Source: Styela clava (Eukaryota). Taken from it: 64,000 nt of DNA. The translations under genes were made by a program, and so were the position numbers. Shown piece by piece: positions 56,079-64,000 of the stretch (within the stretch, counting starts at the first letter, position 1; the number at the start of each line of letters is the position of its first letter). Below the pieces are notes generated by a model. That model searched no databases, had not been told where the DNA came from, and saw only the letters and a list, made by a program, of their open reading frames with translations. The stretch is taken from positions 14,074,001 through 14,138,000 of the forward strand of contig NC_135257.1 of the NCBI RefSeq assembly GCF_964204865.1, in the 5' to 3' direction.

Positions 56079-59000
56079 TCACTTCTCGAGGTGGGCTAGA
56101 ACAAACGCATTATCTGTCATTTCTAAGGCAGGATTAGAGTGTCCCTTCTCTAGGTCTGGTGATTTACGCTCAAGGTCGGAAGCCTGTTAAAACATAAATA
56201 TAGAAGGGGTTATGCGTCACAAGCAGATACAATGTCCAAACCTTGTCGTGGAGCCTAAAGCGCAAGGTCGTTTAGTACTTGCAGACTGACGGATGCTCAA
56301 AACTATGCTCTATAGCCTATGGTGCCAGCATTTAGTAATTGTATCGCTCTGACTCGCCAGTTGGGAAGAAAAATATCCTAGAGCTCACTTCACTAACAAA
56401 TGCAGTTCAATAACGCAAAATAAATAAATACCTCAGCAGTATTCGATTGATTGTGATCGACTCCACACCACATTATCATGCGAAATCCTTTTGGCAGGCA
56501 ATATTTAATCAACGGATGATCAAAAACAGGTACGATTAGCTTTGGATCAATTTCACCAACATGCCGATGTCCACCTGAATTACAAGGTTAAAACTGATAT
56601 GCATATAGTTTGCTGTAAATTGAAACAAACTGAGATAAACGTATTTACAGGTTAACAGGCTTATCAGAAGTCCGGCCACTGTAGTAGCTGCAAATCCAAT
56701 TGCAGCATAATACGCGTAGGAAACGGCATATACATCAGCTACTGTAGGTCGGAGCACTGAGGATGTAGATGTTGTTGAATGATCGACGACATCGAATGCT
56801 GAAGAGATTTCTGTAACACTTATTGTTGAAATTTTGGAGGACAGTATTGTAGAGGAATTGTAGAGAGGGCTGTCGTTTGCCAGTGTACAGTTGGTAGTTG
56901 AAAGATGTCTTGGCTTCCAAAATTGTTGGAGTGGTGGTGGATGATCGCGACTTCCAGCATATATCCACGATACTAAGGATATACCAACAAAAAAGCCAGA
57001 GAAAGAACCCTGAATGAACGTGAAAATGTTCTTTTTTTAGGAATATTTAAAGTACATGATTGGGGACATCAGGCATCTACTGGAAAGTATATTTTATTGC
57101 ATAGTGAATTTCATTTTACAGTATAAAGAAAAAAACATTAACTAACCAGAAAATGACATGTATACAGAATATATGATGACCAACAAAAACAATTATCAGA
57201 TTAGAGCAATCCACAATAATGAGGTGATTAGAAAACTAGAATATTCTGAGATTAAAAATTTAACACCGAGAGAATTTGTGCTAGTGTACACATGCAATGA
57301 TTAAAATGTATGCCAAAAGTAGTGGTGGGACTCACCCACGAGTTTGCCGGTGGAAACATAGCACCCAGAGTGTACATCCCTAAAGTGGGACCTCCAACGA
57401 TTGATAATAAGGTTAATGTTGTTTGCAAAATATTACCAAGTATTGTTGAAAGACAAGCAAACCCAATACTTAAAATTCCGTAGAAGAAAACCATAACTGA
57501 AAAACAGATTGAAACAAGTTAATACACGTATTGTATACAAAACATAAGAGTTCATCAATATTTACTATTGAAACTGCAGCGCTATTTGATGTTATTGAAT
57601 TTTTTGGCTAATGTAACTATTCAATATTTACAATACAGGACGCGAATATCACTTGAATAGTCTGATATCTTTTGAAGATATTACAGCTAATGTTTGAAAG
57701 CTTATGCTGTACTGTATGTAATAATATATGGGTATGTGAGTGACAATAAGGTTACAGACGTAAATCGGATTTCTTTCCAATTTGCATTTGACTACACCAC
57801 ATTGTTCGTCTCGTGTTACCTTTTATTCGCCAGCGTATGTAACCACAGGTAAAAGCTAGAATCTTTACTTCAGAAAGATCTATTGAAATATCAAGAAAAT
57901 CAGACCATTTATCAACATCTATTACAAAACAACAAACCTTTTGCAGATATTGTCAAAGTGCGGTCACTCCAATTTACAAAAGGGCGAATGAGATCTTCTA
58001 CAGTAACGCAAGACAAAGCGTTTATTCCGGCAGAAACGGGACTGAAAATTGATTGAAAAGTCGTAATTTTTGTTTTCGAAAGAAACTTATAGAATTTTTA
58101 AAAGTTCAAATGAAAAACTACCTCAAACTGCATGCAAACACTGCAGCCATGAATGCACCTGTGAATCCTGGATTACCATGAAACATCGATAAAACCATGA
58201 GAGGAAGCAACTGGAAAAAGTTTCGACAATTTTAAAATGATTGTGCCAATATAGCACAACAAAGTACATATACCGATTATTTGAGGGGAGTATTGTAAAT
58301 AGGGATTCGATTTAATGCAGTACTGTTTATAATCCATGTAAGCTGTTTTTAAACCAGAGAGCTATGCTCAAATATATGGACACGTCACAAGGTGTCGCTA
58401 TCATTTATTCTGACACATTAAAAACGAATCTCTCAAAGTTCACAGAAATTTTTGAAATATATAAAAGTAATAGTTTTCTGGCGAAAAAATCAATCTCTAA
58501 CCACTGAAAATTTCAAAGAAATTGGTCCAGTACTCGAAGACAAGAGCGATATTATCATGACGAAGGAGAAGAAAAACAAAAACAACAACATAATATTGAA
58601 ACGATCGGTATGTCCACTGACGTGTCCAATAACTTTACAATGTATGTATACCTGGTCAGAAGAAGTCGCTTGTTTCATGGACAACGGATCGCAATTGTGA
58701 AAATAGGAGTACGTAACCCAGCCCAAAACCATGCATAGCAGAAGAACAAAAGTCACAATCGCGGCACAAGTTATCATGGCTCTGTGGAAAGAATGATATG
58801 GTAAAACATTAATCATATATTCCCCATGTATGAACAGTTATATTATATTGAGAAAGCAAGGAAATGAACAAACATATAATTACATAAAATTGATAGTCTA
58901 AATCTAAAATGATTTATATATATATATATACATTACAGTTTCGCATCTTTTGCAGATGTACAGACTAAGAATCTTTGTACTTGTGATTGTGTTGTAGCGA

Positions 59001-61523
59001 ACACGCTCGTCCACATTATTGTTAAACCCACTGTGACGCTCCAGGCAGAATGACGTACTCTAGGATCGAGGCTGAAACTGATGAGAATAAAAAAAATTAA
59101 AATAATATGACGTCATTAATATGATCATTATGGCACCAACTGCTATAGTTATATTGTATTATATCACAGTGAAATATAAAATTCAAAAGCATTTATTTGT
59201 TCGAGATCAATTGCATCATGTGTGAACATATTTTATTCATTTTTAGATAAATAATAAAGAAATCGGGTTGTGAGTGTATTTTCGGTGGTCTGGTTTAACA
59301 TTAAACAACTATCCCACGTACATCTCCAATTTAAAATTCAATCGAATTAAATCCTGGAAGAAACGCTTTGAAAAATTGTTTGTCATTGTTTTTTAATAAA
59401 ATAATGAGTTAATAATAACCATGAAAGGTAAATACTTACTCATTGAAAGTAAAACGATCTGTTTCGTAATTGGCCAACCAAACTTTGTACCACCCGCCAA
59501 CGCTGCTCGCGCTCGTAAACAAGACTATAATTAAGATCAATACGATCAAGATTCCTTGAAATACATGGGTTAACATCACCCCTTTGAGGCCACCCTGCAT
59601 TTTGAAAATAATAATAAAAAAAAAATACATGACTGTCAAGCAGAAAATTTGTACAAATTTATTCTCCTTACCAAAGTTGTGTAAATAGAACAAACAATTC
59701 CAGTGGTAAAAATTGCCGCCCATAAATTGAAGCCAGAAACTAAATAAAAAGTATAAATGTCATTATTAGTGAGAAGTTTACACTTTCATTGTAATTTACT
59801 GTAAAATGCTGTTGAAATATTGTTGGTTACCTTGTGCAAAAGCTAAAGACGGGGCATATATCATTACTCCCATGAATAAGGTCGTTTGCGTTATATAAGC
59901 AAGAGTGCCAAGAATTCGAACAGGAGCACTGAACCGCAGCTGAAGGTACTAAAATAGAAATCTAAGTATTTGATACTGCACAGCCATCAGAATAATGCCT
60001 TAAGAATTATATGCACAAGTAGTAAGCTCTATCCGAAGTATTTAATACTATATTAAATTTCAATGTAAGTGTGCAATAGAATATACGTGTATATATTTCA
60101 TTTTCAGGTAATACGCTAAATAAAAAATCATTGTGTTGACAGTTTAGGAAAAATATAAAAAACAGTATTTATTAATAGCATCAACATAGTTTCACACAAT
60201 TTCACAATTTCACACAAAGAGAACTTTTTGAGCGCAAATGAGTACTAGTTACATGAAGTCTTTAATAACAAAAAGGTCTGTGTCTGTTGCAAGCATATTA
60301 TGTTGTTGTTTTTTTAATTCAAATCAAACTACGTGTGCTCTTTACTTGCAACCATTATTCATAGTCAAAGACCGTTTTTTTTTATTTGGATCTTAATATT
60401 AAACTTACCTCATAGCTGCTGGTGATACTTACTCGAAAATATAAAGGAATATATATTTGAGTAACAACTATTCCCACCAACAGCGGTACTAAAAGCATCC
60501 TGAAATTATAAAAGATGGCTTGATACTTGACGCTGTGCAACTTTCTGCCCCAAAGAACATACATACAGTTAGTTTTAAGTTTGGTTTGAAATACTCTATG
60601 AATAAAAAGTTGGCAATTTAACACGAAAAACTGTTCCCATCACGCTACTACAATTGTAAATAAAGCTTTTGTTTATTGTTTCTCGTTCGCATCAACAAAG
60701 ATAGGAATGTGTCTACCACATTTGGAAGTGAGTTCTGATCGATTTGAAAAGTGTAAAAATTATCAGAGTTTTTGAATCTGATCAGTTTACTGCAGAGTCC
60801 GTATTGTATTCCAAGGCTGTGCTTATTTTAAACTATTTTCAGTTCATAAGGTTCTGCCTGAGTTTGAGGTATGGGTCGGGCCTGCATTTTTGGATTTAGG
60901 ATTATCGCATTGTGTGATTAGATTGATTGCCGTTGCTAACACTATAGTCATAGTCATTTTAGTTAAAACTACTCACCAAAAGAACATGGAGCCGAAGATG
61001 TAAATTTCGGAAGGTATGCCAAGTATTGTGGCTGGAGTTATAACAGAAAAACTGAGTGATACTCCAACTGTCCAAAAAGACATTTTTCTTGAAAAAATAA
61101 GCATTATATATCATAAATAAGAAATCAGTTTATTAGGTAATTGTTGGTCAAAAAATAATAATTAATAAATAAAAGTATCAAATATTCATCAGTGAAATGT
61201 TTAAGCAATAGAAGAATTCTTCTGGCTAGGTCTAATGTTACAGTCTAATATTCGACTAATATCAGTCTAATATTTTTGAACAAAACAATTCATGCACATA
61301 AAGGAGTTATATTGTGACCTACCTAGTCGCAAACTAAAACCAGTGTAAAATAATACAAATAATATAAAAATTGTTTGTTGTACCTTCCACCCATGAGATA
61401 ATGTTGCACTCCGCGTTTGGCTCTTCTGTCTCGTATGCCAAAATATATTCCTATTCCTAGAGAAACTGCCAGCATAGCACCAAATACAGCATAATCTCCT
61501 GCTCCAAGAACTATTCTATCCAT
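56079..61523 (-). CDS. SLC5 sodium:solute symporter-like paralog C with a degenerate Na2 site; 14 exons, ~638 aa
   Basis: Exons 61523-61384, 61087-60977, 60499-60409, 59948-59831, 59739-59672, 59594-59440, 59077-58937, 58781-58652, 58210-58122, 58041-57938, 57496-57336, 57009-56649, 56574-56432, 56183-56079; phase-compatible, no stop or frameshift found (1917 nt). Motifs GGLKGVMLTHVFQ, QSQVQRFLVC, ACSLSPVSAGINALS. Confidence 0.9.
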
Positions 61524-62753
61524 TTTTATCTGATGATTTAATTACATAAGATTACAAATAAATGAGAACAAATAGCCGCAACGCACAAAGAATAACTAGA
61601 AAAACAAAAATCTTGATCAAATTAGCCGAATATTTTTTGCCGCCTGGAATCAAGAATATAACGAGAGTAAAAGTATGATACATTCGCCTTTCGTTGTTAA
61701 AATGTACGCTGTGTTTTCATTCGGCGTTATACTTCTTTCAGCATATTTTAGATGCAAACGATATTCGATAAAGTCCTCCACAAACACGCAACTAGCTAAT
61801 TTTGGATTTCGTCATTTGCGCTTCGTTGGTCTCTTTCAACTTTTTATTTCATTTTTGGCGTCCAGACTATTTTTTTCTTTTAAAGCAATATTACAGTGGA
61901 CAAACAAATCTGAATGTAAATTTACATACCAGATATGGGCAAGAAAATGATCAGGGCATAAACAACAACGCAATGACGAATTAAGTATTTCATTGAATGA
62001 ATTTTTTCAATCTTAAATTGAATGCGCATTCTCAAGCAAGAAATGTTAAAAAATAAAATTTAATGATATAAGGGTGAAATTTGATATGTTTTTTGTGAAA
62101 TTTGGTGTATAAATAGAATCAAAAAGAAATGATTATCACACACATCAATATTTTTCAGGCAGTAACGACTAACGAGCTTATTTTGAAATGGGTGTTTATG
62201 AAAATAACTGAAGTGTAAAATATCCATGGGTTTAAGGAAAAAATCCGCTGTGAGTGGTGAAACCCACAATAACATGTTAGGAAACTATTCCAAACATCCA
62301 GAGATTATGAAAACGCATTTAAAGCGAGATTCCGCTTAAAATTACTTGGTCAAAATAGTAACCTTCGCTCTAATTGCTCAGTGAAGGAATGTAAACAATG
62401 CAATGTTTTGCAAAAATATCTAAATACTGCTCATAAATATTTTTTAAAAAAGAGAGATGATTCAGCTACTTTAAGTTCTAGAAATTTATTGTTAAAAATA
62501 AGCTACATACCTTGCGTTGTCAAGCGGCAAACTTACAACGAAGGTAATGTATGTAATGAATGTACATTATAAATATGTAAGAACACGTGACATTGACTTG
62601 AATAAGAAGATTCATATCGTGGTTTAGTTAACGATCATCAAATAATCTTACAATGTGTTATACATTTCTGGGATCTAATACTAAATTATGGAGGCAATAT
62701 ATTGTTTCTGCAATTTTAGGTAACAAACAATAGTTGACATGACTAATAAATAG

Positions 62754-63170
62754 ATCAATCAATCAATCAATCAATTTTATTCGGTCACTCTGATACAAAC
62801 AAAACACAAAACAACAACAAAGGGACAAACAAAATACAGAGGACCTGGAGGACGGGCATAACTTGATAAAAAAAGTTAAATACGTACAATTACGTGCCCG
62901 TTCCCCCATAACAGGCAAAACACAATAAAACAAAAACACGATGTGACATCGGGCAATATCTTATAATTCAAATTAAAATGTGAGACGTGTATGTGCTTTT
63001 CATATACAGATATATGGATTAAAGAACACTTGCTGACAAAAAATGGTGATGTTGTGGGCCTACTTCAATTATATTGCAAAAATAACACAGTGACAAATTT
63101 TTTTTTACTAAAAAACAAGCTTGGTAAATGGATTGGATGTTCCATAGCAGTCTATGCACAAATCATGGAT
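62754..63170 (-). mobile_element. Probable 3' end of a CR1/L2-type LINE
   Basis: The minus strand ends AATAAAA(TTGA)n; stem ACGGGCA (62852-62858) / TGCCCGT (62895-62901); upstream RLLWNIQS resembles the LWN motif near the end of CR1/L2 ORF2. Confidence 0.5.
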
Positions 63171-63216
63171 TGGGGTTTTGTGTTATTTTGTCGTTTTCGG
63201 TTAGTTCACTTTAAAA

Positions 63217-63458
63217 TCATTGTATCCGTTCCAATGCTTCCAACATTAATATCGAATTTCCACGAACGACCACCATTCAGCCATTCCAACAGGTGCAGTG
63301 ATCCCATCTTTTCTACGCTCTGTTCCATTATACACGACTAGATTCATAAAAGGATCGAAACCTCGCAATATGCCCGTAACAAATCGTCCACCATTTAACT
63401 TTAAATCCAATCTTTTATCCATAAACTTCTTTAATTCTAGGGGATGGGCTTTGCTCAT
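63217..63458 (-). pseudogene. SNRPG: Intronless, frameshifted copy of small nuclear ribonucleoprotein G (SmG); probable processed pseudogene
   Basis: [42 protein letters not shown]. Removing an 8-bp insertion (63273-63280) restores the Sm2 end [21 protein letters not shown] (stop at 63217-63219). The conserved HPPEL reads HPLEL. Confidence 0.88.
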
Positions 63459-63962
63459 GTTGATATTGCGCGATACAGATTACAGATACCGAAACATACA
63501 ACGCGTAGCATTAACTAGTCTTTTCAAGCTGACACGTCCGCACCCGACGACGGTCGGAACGGAAGCAAATTTGTTACAACCTGAATGAGGTGGTAAGATA
63601 TATAACTTGTAATGGCACCATAGTTAGCGCTCTAACCACCTCGCCAACCGCCTTCACCAAATGCGTGTGCAACACTTCGATAAATTTAATGCAAATTCCC
63701 TTGTTACGTAATATATAAAGTGACATCTCGGTCGTCGAACATAATTTGTTTCGGATTAGTGTTCGACTACCGAATTGTTCGAGTACCGAAACAATGATAA
63801 TCATTTTAATCCGTTCTTACGCATTCTAAATTACCCAAATATTAACAAAACGTGTACCAACAACAATTATTATGTAAATGTGTACATAATAAAGATTAAA
63901 TATAACGAAGATAAAAATATAAAAAATAAATTTGTATCAGTTACGGTACATTTGAGCAAATT

Positions 63963-64000
63963 TCCAGGCTTGTCCATGGGAAACGTCCCATGGGATGGGA
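63963..64000. repeat. Start of a GC-rich CCCATGGGA-containing repeat truncated by the window end
   Basis: CCAGGCTTGTCCATGGGAAACGTCCCATGGGATGGGA, a repeated palindromic motif in AT-rich context. Confidence 0.35.

Larger units (their letters stand above)
52413..59856 (+). repeat. Tandem segmental duplication, unit 2 (7444 bp)
   Basis: Matches unit 1; lacks the 873-bp hAT element and has a ~60-bp deletion near 54668. Confidence 0.95.

Noticed and set aside
63459-63600. Search for a spliced-leader sequence or TSD at the 5' end of the SmG copy
   Set aside because: No match to the tunicate SL sequences I recall, and no convincing direct repeat.
1-64000. CRISPR arrays, prokaryotic operons, rRNA or tRNA genes
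   Set aside because: The sequence is intron-rich eukaryotic DNA; no repeat-spacer array or structural RNA gene was recognised. The only tRNA-related signal is the LTR PBS.

Overview
AT-rich eukaryotic (invertebrate) genomic DNA with short GT-AG introns; composition, gene content and repeats suggest an ascidian/tunicate, but that is inference only. Exons were assembled by hand, checking splice phase. (1) 3694-19532 (+): 16-exon gene, ~776 aa, with signal peptide, CAP/SCP domain, Cys-rich hinge, nine TSP1 repeats and a probable GPI-anchor tail. (2) Three complete 14-exon SLC5 sodium:solute symporter genes of the SMVT/NIS/SMCT (SLC5A5/6/8/12) type: A 21817-28277 (+), B 36497-44919 (+), C 61523-56079 (-). 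Paralog C has an intact ORF but lacks three conserved Na+-coupling residues, including a natural equivalent of the NIS T354P loss-of-function allele. (3) A recent ~7.4-8.4 kb tandem duplication (44051-52411 / 52413-59856) across the convergent 3' ends of B and C, leaving orphan 3' halves of both. One copy carries a hAT MITE where the other shows an apparent excision footprint. (4) A 2.3 kb protease-only LTR element, several MITE families, and a frameshifted intronless SmG (SNRPG) copy next to a LINE-like 3' tail.
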